Shown in pieces: positions 30,662 to 39,976 of a DNA stretch of 64,000 nt. The notes beneath the pieces were generated by a model. The model was not told where the DNA came from and did not search any database. It was given only the letters and a program-made list of their open reading frames with translations. How positions within the stretch are numbered: the first letter of the stretch is position 1; each line of letters begins with the position of its first letter. Both the position numbers and the translations under genes were made by a program. The DNA lies in the NCBI GenBank assembly GCA_963710575.1, contig CAVQAL010000010.1, positions 150,531 through 214,530 of the forward strand, in the 5' to 3' direction. This stretch comes from an uncultured delta proteobacterium (GTDB lineage: Bacteria > Desulfobacterota > Syntrophia > Syntrophales > Smithellaceae).

Positions 30662-31021
30662 ATGGGGCAATGTCCTTATTGCAGTAACCAGATTAAAGAC
30701 GGTGAGCGTTTCTGTCTGGGTTGTGGAAGGCAATTGGATGTAGGAGGGATTACAGAAGAAATTAAATCAGGAGGTATTTCTGATCTTAAAAAATGTTTTG
30801 GTTCATTTCCAGTAACACAGATCGATTGCTATCTTTGTGCTGATGAACAGAAATGTGCTAACTTTACTGCTAGCATAAAACAAGATAAAATATTGTCGAA
30901 ACTTAATAAAATCGATGACATTAATAATTCTCTGGCAAATATGAATAATACCTTAGCAAATATGAACACGTATCTCAAATCTATAGATGCCAATATTGTT
31001 TTATTGACTAGAAAGAAGTAG
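30662..31021 (+). CDS. Zinc-ribbon protein with a coiled-coil, Asn-rich C-terminus
   Basis: MGQCPYCSNQIKDGERFCLGCGRQL (CxxC..CxxC). C-terminal NNSLANMNNTLANMNTYLKSIDANI repeats. Confidence 0.6.
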   Translation: MGQCPYCSNQIKDGERFCLGCGRQLDVGGITEEIKSGGISDLKKCFGSFPVTQIDCYLCADEQKCANFTASIKQDKILSKLNKIDDINNSLANMNNTLANMNTYLKSIDANIVLLTRKK

Positions 31022-31031
31022 GTAAAATTGC

Positions 31032-31856
31032 ATGGCTTTGTCAGCTCTTAATTGTCCGAATTGTGGTGGTCCTGTTCAAAAAGATGATAAAAACTGTAGA
31101 TATTGCAATGCATCAATTAACTTTAGTCCTGACTACAAGCAAGTCAAACTTGTTGGCTTCCCTTGTCCAAAATGTGGAACCCCCGCAGAAAAAGGTGACC
31201 GTTTCTGTTCAAAATGTGCAGCAAGTCTTATAGTAAAATGCCCTTCTTGCAGACATGATGTTCCTCTTACTTCGGTGTTCTGTCCAAATTGCCGGGTGAA
31301 TTTTGCAGTTTCACGACTGATTGAAGATGCAAAGCAGAAGAAAAGTTCAGTGAATGATTTATGCACTAAAAAAGAACAACAGGTTCGCTATGAACAGTAT
31401 GAATTCATCGGGAAAATACGCCTTAAAATTAATAAACGAGCTGACACCTTGTTTAATGAGGCACAGGCAATCGGGGATCAAACCATGTGGATATTATTAG
31501 GCTTAGCATTAGGCTTCGTTTTAATATTAATTGTTTCTGGAATGCTCTCAAAATTATTTTCTAACGAAAATCAAGGCTTATTTTTTCTGATCATATTGGG
31601 CGTTTTGTCTGTTCTGGCTTGGAATTTCTACCCTCCTATTGTTAAAACAAAAAGACGTAAAAAGATGTTAGAAGAAATAAAAGATCTGAGAGATGACAAT
31701 ACTTGGACTAACTATTTAAACAGTCAGGAATTATCTTCCATGAAGCAAAAGGAAAAAGAAACAGAGGATAAGATAGCGGCGCTGAAAGTTGAAGCAACAC
31801 AGGAAATTCAGAAAATAGATGAATGGCTAAAAGATGCCGTGGCATCTATTCATTAA
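31032..31856 (+). CDS. Triple zinc-ribbon, 2-TM, coiled-coil membrane protein
   Basis: CPNCGG..CRYC, CPKCG..CSKC and CPSC..CPNC ribbons. TM segments MWILLGLALGFVLILIVSGML and GLFFLIILGVLSVLAW. Charged helical tail. Confidence 0.6.
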   Translation: MALSALNCPNCGGPVQKDDKNCRYCNASINFSPDYKQVKLVGFPCPKCGTPAEKGDRFCSKCAASLIVKCPSCRHDVPLTSVFCPNCRVNFAVSRLIEDAKQKKSSVNDLCTKKEQQVRYEQYEFIGKIRLKINKRADTLFNEAQAIGDQTMWILLGLALGFVLILIVSGMLSKLFSNENQGLFFLIILGVLSVLAWNFYPPIVKTKRRKKMLEEIKDLRDDNTWTNYLNSQELSSMKQKEKETEDKIAALKVEATQEIQKIDEWLKDAVASIH

Positions 31857-31967
31857 ACCTATCAATAAAACTTGTTCTAACGACGGATATTAGAGTTTAA
31901 TATTCATTAGATTTTTTTATTACCAAACTCTATTCTCAAGGGTATTTATAAAAGGAAAGGAATATAT

Positions 31968-33032
31968 ATGGCATTCAAGGTTGCCAAATGTCCTAATTGT
32001 GGTGGTGATCTTCAAGTACCAGACGAAAAAAATACTGTAAAGTGCATGTATTGCGGCAGTGACATAATTGCTCGGGAGGCAATAAAGGCTGCTGCTGCCG
32101 GTGTCAATATTGAAAATTTGTTAAGTCTTGCAAAAGCAGCCTTTGAGGCGAAAAACTATCAAGAAGCTTTTGATTACTACACAAAGGTCTTAGAAGTTGA
32201 TGCACATAATTATGAAGCATGGTTAAGCAAAGGATGTTCTGCAGGTTGGTTATCTACATTATCAAATTTGAGAATGCCCGAAATGATCACAGCGTTTGGA
32301 AAAGCCATAGAATATGCACCTATGGATAAGAAAGATGAAATAAAGATCTTAGGTTGTGATCAGATGCAGAAAATATTGCTGGCATACTTCAATGTTTCGA
32401 CAGCAAATTATGTTGAGAGGACATACGCTCTCGAAGCGTGGCGGTGTGCTGGTGACGCATCGAAGGATCACATTCAACATTGCACGGAAATTATTTCGGC
32501 TTTTGAATTAGCCCATAAATTATTACCAGATGATAAGGTTATATTTGAGAACATAATTTTTATGTGCAATACTGCTCTCAACGCGGAAAATGTTATGTCA
32601 CATTTCATCTTATACGATCAATATTCCACAATACTTAAGATGAAAAGAGATATCTATGTTGGTAAGATGAAAGAAATTGATCCGTCCTATGTTGACACAT
32701 TCCCTCAACTAAAAAAAGCACAGGAACCAGTGTTAAAAACTCCTGATCCACCAAGAGTCAATGAGAAGAAATCTAATTGTTTCATAGCAACTGCGACAAT
32801 GGGAGATGCTAATCATCCTATTGTAGTCTTGTTAAGGGAATTTAGAGATTTGTGGCTTTTGAAAAAGAAATATGGCAAAATATTTATCAAATTCTATTAC
32901 AAAATCGGTCCATATCCCGCAATGATTATAAATAAATATCCGTATTTAAAACGAATCAGTTATATGATGATTGTTCGTCCTGTTGCTTATGTTGCAGATC
33001 TGTTACTTAAAATCAACATACGAAATGTATGA
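31968..33032 (+). CDS. Zinc-ribbon + TPR-like + hydrophobic C-terminal module beginning CFIATATMGD
   Basis: MAFKVAKCPNCGG..CMYCG is paralogous to the N-terminus of 31032..31856. A TPR-like segment follows (NYQEAFDYYTKVLEVDAHNYEAWLSKG). The C-terminal CFIATA.. module resembles the CFIATAAYG-type tail seen in diverse bacterial proteins (from my recollection). Confidence 0.55.
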   Translation: MAFKVAKCPNCGGDLQVPDEKNTVKCMYCGSDIIAREAIKAAAAGVNIENLLSLAKAAFEAKNYQEAFDYYTKVLEVDAHNYEAWLSKGCSAGWLSTLSNLRMPEMITAFGKAIEYAPMDKKDEIKILGCDQMQKILLAYFNVSTANYVERTYALEAWRCAGDASKDHIQHCTEIISAFELAHKLLPDDKVIFENIIFMCNTALNAENVMSHFILYDQYSTILKMKRDIYVGKMKEIDPSYVDTFPQLKKAQEPVLKTPDPPRVNEKKSNCFIATATMGDANHPIVVLLREFRDLWLLKKKYGKIFIKFYYKIGPYPAMIINKYPYLKRISYMMIVRPVAYVADLLLKINIRNV

Positions 33033-33181
33033 GTAAGATCGATTGCCTGAAGCAGATTGTTCATCGCTTGTAAAGGAAAGATGGCAGACAGCATGAATAA
33101 TAAAGATTTATATTCAACATACCAGCGTGTTAAAAAGAAATGCTGTCAAGAACAACTTGGTAAATCAAAGGGAGGGGAGAA

Positions 33182-33979
33182 ATGAACGAAAAGCCAATAT
33201 ACAAAAATTGGTGGTTTTGGGTGATTGCTATATTTGTCGTCTCAGTAATATACAATTTAATAGTGCAACTTGAACAGCAAGTAGTACCATCAAAACCTTC
33301 GCCACAAGTCAGTGAAAAATTAAAAATTATTTCATCAGCAGAGCATTTATCTAATGCTAAAAAATCGATAGAGATGAAAAATTTCGTCGCAGCAAAAACT
33401 AACCTTGATGCAATAACAAAAGACTCTCCAGAATTTTCTGAAGCAACGATACTTCTGAATCAAGTAAATGAAGATCAGAAAAGGCAGGCTTTAGAAAATA
33501 AGATAACATCTGATGATAATACTTTAAAAGAAACGGAAACGAAAATTAATAATCTGAGGATCAAACTCAAAAAATATTATGCTACTGCCGATGATGTAAA
33601 AGATCTCATACAAGATGTCACTTTATTAACAATAGCTGAAAATGCATATAAAATTGGCAAGAGCGATGCTGAAAAACGGCTACATTCAAAAGCAGCGACC
33701 TTGCTACCAAAAGCTCAGCAAACACTCCGTGAAGCTTACGCCTCCTCTGTAGAAGAGATTTTCATGAAGACAGGGATTAATGCAAGTGTAAAAGCAGTAG
33801 GCAATGGCAAGAAAACGCTTCGGATTACATTCGCACTGATGTCACAACCTCTGGTCTATAAATTTCAGAACGAAATTAAAATCGATGAACAAGCAAGGGA
33901 TGTAGGCTTCTCAAAGTTGGTTTATACAAATGGCTTTGAAAGCTCTTTAGGCAGTACGTGGACTGTCAACCTAAAATAA
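33182..33979 (+). CDS. N-terminally anchored hypothetical protein (helical region plus a small C-terminal domain)
   Basis: 265 aa. TM WWFWVIAIFVVSVIYNLIV. GGAGGGGAG RBS. No motif recognised. Confidence 0.5.
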   Translation: MNEKPIYKNWWFWVIAIFVVSVIYNLIVQLEQQVVPSKPSPQVSEKLKIISSAEHLSNAKKSIEMKNFVAAKTNLDAITKDSPEFSEATILLNQVNEDQKRQALENKITSDDNTLKETETKINNLRIKLKKYYATADDVKDLIQDVTLLTIAENAYKIGKSDAEKRLHSKAATLLPKAQQTLREAYASSVEEIFMKTGINASVKAVGNGKKTLRITFALMSQPLVYKFQNEIKIDEQARDVGFSKLVYTNGFESSLGSTWTVNLK

Positions 33980-34229
33980 CTTAGCTAACATTTCATTGCA
34001 CGTTACTCTATTTCAATCGACAATCTTTAGTTTCATGAATCTATTGACTTGCTGGCGAAAGTAACAAGCACCTTTCTTCCGGTTTACATTTCTGTTTTCA
34101 GGCATTAGTCTTCTTATCAAAAGAGAAACAAAATTTTCGCATCAAAAATAACAGCATTTTTATAAAAATAATTCGGCTCGATTAGAGCAACAGGGGTGTA
34201 TAATGTAAGTGAGGGAGGGGATATTTATT

Positions 34230-36278
34230 ATGAGAAAGATAAAAAATTTAAAAGCACCTAAAGAAAATATGCCGGGACAACGATCTACTGAACCGCTGAG
34301 AGTTAATGAGGAATACGAAAAACCTTCAAAAGCATACAGTTACATAAGATTTTCTACGCCGGAACAACAAAAAGGGGATTCTCTTAGACGACAGACTGAG
34401 CTTTCAGAGAAATGGGCTAAAGATCAAGGTCTTGTATTAGATGACAGTTTAAAGCTTCAGGACTTAGGGAAGAGTGCATTTTCTGGAAAACATAGAAGCG
34501 ACGGGGCACTTGGACAATTTTTGAAATTGGTTGAAATGGGCAAAATCAAAAAGGGATCCGTACTTCTGGTTGAATCTCTTGATCGTCTCTCTCGTGAAGA
34601 GATCACCATAGCACTGAAACAATTTCTGGCAATCATTGATAAGGGAATAAAAATTGTAACTCTTATTGATAACAAGGAATACACTCAAGAAACAGTTAAT
34701 ACAAGTTTTAGTGAACTTATTGTTTCACTTACGATCATGGCACGTGCGCACGAGGAATCAAAAACAAAATCTATGCGACTAGGAAAAGCATGGGAAGGCA
34801 AAAGGAAAATTGCAAGCCTCAAGAAACTCACCGCTCGATGCCCTGCATGGCTTAAACTCAATGACACAAAAACTCAGTTTGACATTATTGAAGATCGGGC
34901 GGGAATAGTTGGTAAAATATTTGACATGAAACTTTCTGGCAAAGGTGCAACAGCAATTATACGTGAACTCAATAATACAAATGGAATTTGGATGCCAAAA
35001 AGTAAGGATAAAAGAAAGCTAGTAGTGGGATGGCGGGAAAGCTACGTCAAAAAAATCCTTAAAAATAGTGCTGTAATCGGTGAATATCAACCACATCAAT
35101 TATCGAAAGGTAAAAGAGAACCTGTCGGAGACCTAATGATTGATTACTATCCTTCAATAGTTGACAAAGACGTTTTCTATCGGGTTCAGGAACAGCTTAG
35201 ACAAAACACTTATAAAGGTGGACAAACTGGCACAGTCTCAAACCTCTTTTCTCATATTGTAAAATGTGGTTACTGTGGTGGCTCTTTTGCGTATATTGAC
35301 AAAGGAGATGCTCCGAAAGGTGGTCAATATCTTGTTTGCGATAGAGCGCGCCGGGGATTAGGTTGTTGCAAAACATCGGTAAAATATAGTGAGATTGAAC
35401 GTCTGGTTCTTACTTATTGTAAAGGACTTCATGCGCAAGACATTTTGGACAAGAATGATGAAACCGCCATTAATCTATTAAAAATGAAGCATGAAGGGGT
35501 AATGGGTAAATTGATATCAATTAGCAAAGAGATTGAAAACATTGCCGACAGCATTACCTCAACCGCAGATAAAAGGGTTCGAGAAATACTTGAAAAGCGA
35601 ATGACAGAGCGGTTTGATAAACAAGATTATTTAAACAAAGAGAAAGATCATCTGAAACAAGAAATTGATACTGAATCTAGGACTTTTGAAAATGCGCAAT
35701 TGACATTAGATTCCCAAAGGGAACTTATGACGTTACTAGAAAAAGAAAAGACAGGTAAAAAAATAATTGACTTAAGACTGAAGCTCCGGAATGAAATAAG
35801 AAAACTTATTGATAGAATTGTAATCTATCCTGTAGGCCTTCATTTTGTTACTCACGAATTCGCTCAAAAAGCATTAGAGGACTTGTCAGAGTTTTTCCAA
35901 GAAGGAACTAAGGAATATTCGGATATTAAGAAATATTATCATGATCGTCTTGAACACCCAAAAGAATTTCGTTTATTCAAAATCTTTTTTAAATCAGGTA
36001 GCGTTCGTACTATTTATCCAACGCGAGAGAAATTTGGCATTCCTTTAAGCCTTGATTTCGACAATGAAGAAAAAGTTATTTATCTTCAAAATCTAGGACT
36101 AGATGGAAGAGTGATTTCTGAAATATATGATGATGGAGGATGCACAGTAAAGCACTACAAAAAATTAAAAGGAACAGATGGAAAAGAGGTTTTTCAAGAA
36201 ATTATTGATACCGAAAGCAAAAAGAATAAGGTAATAGCTAAAGAGGCATTACGATTTGCACAAGGTGTATTTAAATAG
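34230..36278 (+). CDS. Large serine recombinase (resolvase domain + recombinase domain + zinc ribbon + coiled coil)
   Basis: [20 protein letters not shown] (catalytic Ser box), [10 protein letters not shown], recombinase-domain block [20 protein letters not shown], and zinc ribbon [18 protein letters not shown] moved the start from GTG 34209 to ATG 34230 (GAGGGAGGGG upstream). The stop at 36276-78 lies 2 nt before the junction repeat. Confidence 0.9.
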   Translation: MRKIKNLKAPKENMPGQRSTEPLRVNEEYEKPSKAYSYIRFSTPEQQKGDSLRRQTELSEKWAKDQGLVLDDSLKLQDLGKSAFSGKHRSDGALGQFLKLVEMGKIKKGSVLLVESLDRLSREEITIALKQFLAIIDKGIKIVTLIDNKEYTQETVNTSFSELIVSLTIMARAHEESKTKSMRLGKAWEGKRKIASLKKLTARCPAWLKLNDTKTQFDIIEDRAGIVGKIFDMKLSGKGATAIIRELNNTNGIWMPKSKDKRKLVVGWRESYVKKILKNSAVIGEYQPHQLSKGKREPVGDLMIDYYPSIVDKDVFYRVQEQLRQNTYKGGQTGTVSNLFSHIVKCGYCGGSFAYIDKGDAPKGGQYLVCDRARRGLGCCKTSVKYSEIERLVLTYCKGLHAQDILDKNDETAINLLKMKHEGVMGKLISISKEIENIADSITSTADKRVREILEKRMTERFDKQDYLNKEKDHLKQEIDTESRTFENAQLTLDSQRELMTLLEKEKTGKKIIDLRLKLRNEIRKLIDRIVIYPVGLHFVTHEFAQKALEDLSEFFQEGTKEYSDIKKYYHDRLEHPKEFRLFKIFFKSGSVRTIYPTREKFGIPLSLDFDNEEKVIYLQNLGLDGRVISEIYDDGGCTVKHYKKLKGTDGKEVFQEIIDTESKKNKVIAKEALRFAQGVFK

Positions 36279-36280
36279 GA

Positions 36281-36292
36281 GATAACATTATA
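36281..36292 (+). repeat. Right junction repeat GATAACATTATA (candidate att core)
   Basis: Matches 23396-23407 in 11 of 12 positions. It is immediately followed by comM sequence ATGATCGGTCCGCCCGG. Confidence 0.55.
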
Positions 36293-37168
36293 ATGATCGG
36301 TCCGCCCGGTTCCGGTAAAAGCATGCTGGCGAAAAGACTGCCGACTATTTTGCCCGATCTTTCCTTTGATGAAGCTGTTGAAGTAACAAAAGTATTTTCC
36401 ATAGCCGGTTCCTTAAATAAAGATGAAATGTTAATCGCTGTGAGGCCGTTTCGTTCACCGCATCACACGATATCCGATGCCGGTCTGGTTGGAGGTGGCC
36501 AGACACCGCGCCCTGGAGAAATAAGTCTCGCTCATTTGGGTGTCCTTTTTCTGGACGAACTTCCCGAATTCAAGAAAAACGCGCTGGAAGCCCTACGCCA
36601 ACCGTTGGAGGACGGCACCATAACAATTACGCGTTCTTTGGTAACAGCTTCTTTCCCCGCGAAATTTATGCTGGTGGCGGCAATGAATCCCTGTCCCTGC
36701 GGTTATTTTGGCGACCGCGTCCACACCTGTCGCTGCAGCCCTCAGCAAATTCGTCAGTATCAATCTAAAATATCGGGGCCGCTGTTGGATCGAATAGATT
36801 TGCATATCGAGGTGCCTTCAGTAAAATACCGCGCTCTGTCCGGTAAAGAAATGGGCGAATCTTCCGCAACAATCAGAGAGCGCGTAAACAAAGCGCGTGA
36901 TCTGCAAAAAAAGCGTTTTGGCCATAAAGGCATCCTTTGTAATGTCCGGATGACGGAAAAGCAAATTCGTAACTTCTGTCCAATTGACGAAGAAGCGCAT
37001 AAGCTTATCGAAATGGCCATTGAAAAACTGGGGCTGAGCGCCCGGGCGGTAAACCGGATATTGAAAGTCTCCCGCACTATCGCCGATCTGGAAAACAAAG
37101 AAAATATTGAACCTGCTCATGTTGCCGAAGCAATTCAGTATCGAAGTCTTGATCGCAGTCTAATTTAA
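36293..37168 (+). pseudogene. comM: comM/yifB 3' fragment (AAA+ Mg-chelatase-like ATPase domain and C-terminal domain)
   Basis: [21 protein letters not shown] (Walker A), [10 protein letters not shown] (Walker B), ..NPCPCGY..C.C.. and C-terminal ..[13 protein letters not shown]. It continues the fragment that ends at 23400. Confidence 0.9.
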
Positions 37169-37260
37169 TGATATGTTAAAGAAAAAATTTTAATGCCAGA
37201 CCGGTGTCCGCGGTATTGAAAGGATATAAGCGAGGCTACAGCCTGATGAAAGAGGTATTT

Positions 37261-38349
37261 ATGGAAATTAAAATAAAGAAAGCGCCACTGAAAAAAAGAA
37301 AAGATAAACCTACTGATGAATCCAAGCTTGGTTTTGGTAAGATATTTACCGACCACTTTTTTAACGTTAAATATAAAGAAGGCAGGGGTTGGTACGAACC
37401 TATAATCGAACCTTATCGTTCCTTGCAGTTAGATCCGACAGCAATGTGTCTGCATTACGGGCAGGAAATATTTGAAGGACTGAAAGCTTACAGGGGGCAG
37501 GATGGGGCAATTTATCTTTTCCGTCCGCAGGAAAATATTAAGAGAATGAATTCATCCGCGGAAAGACTCTGCATGCCGCCTATAGATGAAAATCTTTTTA
37601 TGGAAGCCATGAAAAAACTGGTTATTCTGGAAAAGGACTGGGTTCCCCGCGGGGAGGGCACCTCTTTATACATCCGTCCAACCATGATTGCCACTGAAGC
37701 AGCTTTGGGCGTTCATCCGGCCAATGAATATCTCTTTTTTATTGTGGTGGGGCCGGTGGGGACTTATTATCCGCAGGGATTTTCGCCAACGAAGATGTTT
37801 GTGTCGCAGGAGCATGTGCGCGCGACAAAAGGCGGCACCGGAAACGTCAAGGCGGCGATCAACTACGCTGCCAGCCTTTTTGCTACCCGCATTGCCACCG
37901 GCAAGGGATATACTCAGGTTTTATGGCTGGACGCCATTGAAAACAAGTATATTGAAGAAGTGGGTACCAGCAATATATTTTTCATTATTGGCGATGAACT
38001 GATTACGCCGCCTCTGGCCGGAACAATCCTGCCGGGAATTACCCGCAATTCGGTAATCAAATTGGCCAGACATTTAAAGATTAAGGTTGATGAGAGGCCG
38101 ATAACGATTCACGAAGTAATCGAATCATCTAAAAACGGAAAGCTTCAGGAAGCTTTTGCTTCGGGAACTGCGGCAATTATCTCGCCGGTTGGTCAGATTC
38201 ATTTCAGCGGCAGAGATTATTTAATCAACGGCGGGAAAACAGGGCCGCTGGCGGAAAAGCTTTACAACGAAATCCTGCAAATTCAATACGGATTGAAGGA
38301 AGATCCATTCGGCTGGCGCGTCAAAATATTAGACGGGAAAAAAAGCTAA
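37261..38349 (+). CDS. ilvE: Branched-chain amino acid aminotransferase (class IV)
   Basis: FGKIFTDHFF..LHYGQEIFEGLKAYR..GGTGNVKAAINYA..GITR pattern. Start taken at ATG 37261 (AAGAGG upstream); the track GTG at 37204 is less likely. Confidence 0.88.
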   Translation: MEIKIKKAPLKKRKDKPTDESKLGFGKIFTDHFFNVKYKEGRGWYEPIIEPYRSLQLDPTAMCLHYGQEIFEGLKAYRGQDGAIYLFRPQENIKRMNSSAERLCMPPIDENLFMEAMKKLVILEKDWVPRGEGTSLYIRPTMIATEAALGVHPANEYLFFIVVGPVGTYYPQGFSPTKMFVSQEHVRATKGGTGNVKAAINYAASLFATRIATGKGYTQVLWLDAIENKYIEEVGTSNIFFIIGDELITPPLAGTILPGITRNSVIKLARHLKIKVDERPITIHEVIESSKNGKLQEAFASGTAAIISPVGQIHFSGRDYLINGGKTGPLAEKLYNEILQIQYGLKEDPFGWRVKILDGKKS

Positions 38350-38598
38350 AACAGGGATTTTTTAAAATTCCTCTTGTGTACAGGCACTTGGATTTGTATT
38401 CCACAAAATTGTGGAAATGCTTGTTGATAACATTGTTGATAATCTTCGTAAGTGCGTAATTGTTACGATTTTACACCAAATTGCCTAAGGTTTGAGCAAC
38501 TTAAATATTCAATATAATCAATTACTTATTAATATAACGTTTTATCATCGTCACTTATATTGCTTGGATAAAGACAGATATAAACTTCATAGGAAAAA

Positions 38599-39333
38599 GT
38601 GTGCCAGATGTGGCCGGTTTTTTATAAAAAAATGATAAAATTTTTTTTCAAAAGAAATAAGCTATTTACGTCAGCAGTGATTAATCTTTGCCTTATTTTA
38701 TCGATGCTGGCGCGACCTACTTTTGTTTTTTCTGAGGAACCACCTGCTGTTGGCGATACAGTGCAAAAGCTTCAGAGCTCTTATGAGAAAACAAAAGACC
38801 TGAAGGCTGATTTCGTTCAGGAAGCAATGATAAAGTTGATCAAGAAAACTCAAAGGGAAGAAGGCAAAGTTTTTTTTAAGAATCCAAAGAACATGCTTTG
38901 GGATTACACAAAACCCCAGGGCAAAAAACTCATAATTAATAGTCAAAAGTCGTGGCTTTACCTTTCCAAAGAAAAGGTTGTCTACACGCAGAAATCAGAA
39001 AGTATTTTCCAATCGAAGTTTCTGATTAACTTTTTTGCCGGGTCGGGAAAATTTAAAAATGATTTTGTAATAAAATATGCCGAACCCAAAGCTTATGACA
39101 AGGACGGAAATTATATGCTTGTGTTGACTCCCAGAGAAAAGACGGCGGCCTGCAATTCAGTGAAGCTGACAATTGACAAAAATAATTTTTATATTTTGCA
39201 GGTGAGCTTCGATGATGTTATGGGCAATTCTACCACGCTGAAATTTTCCAACATTTTCGTCAACACGGGACTGGCGCAAAAGATGTTCCAGTTTAGGCCG
39301 CCGGCGGGAGTCGAAGTTTTTGAAATGCCCTGA
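38599..39333 (+). CDS. lolA: LolA-like outer-membrane lipoprotein carrier protein
   Basis: 244 aa. Signal peptide ..INLCLILSMLARPTFVFS and LolA-like LKADFVQE..GKVFFKNPKNMLWDY.. pattern. The true start may be ATG 38608 or 38632. Confidence 0.7.
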   Translation: MCQMWPVFYKKMIKFFFKRNKLFTSAVINLCLILSMLARPTFVFSEEPPAVGDTVQKLQSSYEKTKDLKADFVQEAMIKLIKKTQREEGKVFFKNPKNMLWDYTKPQGKKLIINSQKSWLYLSKEKVVYTQKSESIFQSKFLINFFAGSGKFKNDFVIKYAEPKAYDKDGNYMLVLTPREKTAACNSVKLTIDKNNFYILQVSFDDVMGNSTTLKFSNIFVNTGLAQKMFQFRPPAGVEVFEMP

Positions 39334-39458
39334 GGGGCTGTCCAAAAACGCTCATATGCGGCGTTGCGCTGCAAACCGCACCGCTCAACGTATGTATAAT
39401 ACGCCTCGCGGTTCTGTTTTTGCGCGCCTTGCATCTGAACATTTTTGAACAGCCCCTC
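39332..39458. repeat. Palindromic intergenic repeat, copy B (core CTCAACGTATGTATAATACGC at 39384-39404)
   Basis: Terminal inverted repeat GAGGGGCTGTCCAAAAA / TTTTTGAACAGCCCCTC (16 of 17). The whole 127 nt is an imperfect palindrome centred on CGTAT-GTATA-ATACG. It starts at the lolA stop codon. Confidence 0.6.
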
Positions 39459-39479
39459 AAACAACATATATTAATTGTT

Positions 39480-39917
39480 ATGACAATAACACCGAAAAAG
39501 ATATCAAAAAGAATTAAAAGCTTCATTAATACTCTAGGCAATATTGGTGATCCAGAGTATTTACCTTTTATCCTCTGTTCAAATAAATATCTTCCGCAAC
39601 ACTGTTTATCAAATTGTGAAGCAGAGTCGCATTTTACTGGTTGTCCTATTGTTTTTGGTTGGGTTATTTGGGAAGATAAGAAGGCAAGAAATATTATGGC
39701 TGAATTTCACGCTGTTATCAGACGAAAGAATAAACATATAGATATCACATCTAGAGTTGACGGTGAAAACAGGATATTATTTGTACCAGACAGAGTGAGG
39801 ATTGCTACGAGATTAAACGAGCGTCAGTGGAACACATGGGAAAATCATAGAGACAATATGCATACGCAACCGTGTATAATTACGAACTCACATGATGACA
39901 AATTATTTTTGTCATAA
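39480..39917 (+). CDS. Hypothetical Cys-rich 145-aa protein
   Basis: Track ORF 39420..39917, trimmed to ATG 39480 so that it does not read through repeat B. No motif recognised. AT-rich. Confidence 0.4.
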   Translation: MTITPKKISKRIKSFINTLGNIGDPEYLPFILCSNKYLPQHCLSNCEAESHFTGCPIVFGWVIWEDKKARNIMAEFHAVIRRKNKHIDITSRVDGENRILFVPDRVRIATRLNERQWNTWENHRDNMHTQPCIITNSHDDKLFLS

Positions 39918-39976
39918 AAAAGGCAATCCAGCCAATCGCTACGCTTCGACTTATTTGTTCAAAGGAGTCATCTCAA

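Larger units (their letters stand above)
23401..36292. mobile_element. Integrated element of about 12.9 kb inside comM, with a large serine recombinase at the right end (composite, partly decayed)
   Basis: The comM reading frame is interrupted at 23400 and resumes at 36293. The interior is visibly AT-richer than the flanks. It encodes a serine recombinase (34230..36278), a tyrosine recombinase remnant and a Rep-like protein. Near-identical 12-mers occur at both junctions. Confidence 0.85.

Noticed and set aside
39189-39467. Minus-strand ORFs running through the palindromic repeats (39189..39467 and 22598..22900). They share a short peptide-like string: EAYYTYVE in copy B, AYFTYVEEADDA in copy A and AYYTSVEEADDA in copy C.
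   Set aside because: The ORFs overlap lolA or the comM upstream region and have no RBS. Copy C has a stop right after the motif. The similarity is confined to the repeat core, so I treat it as a DNA- or RNA-level repeat. A decayed mini-ORF origin cannot be fully excluded.
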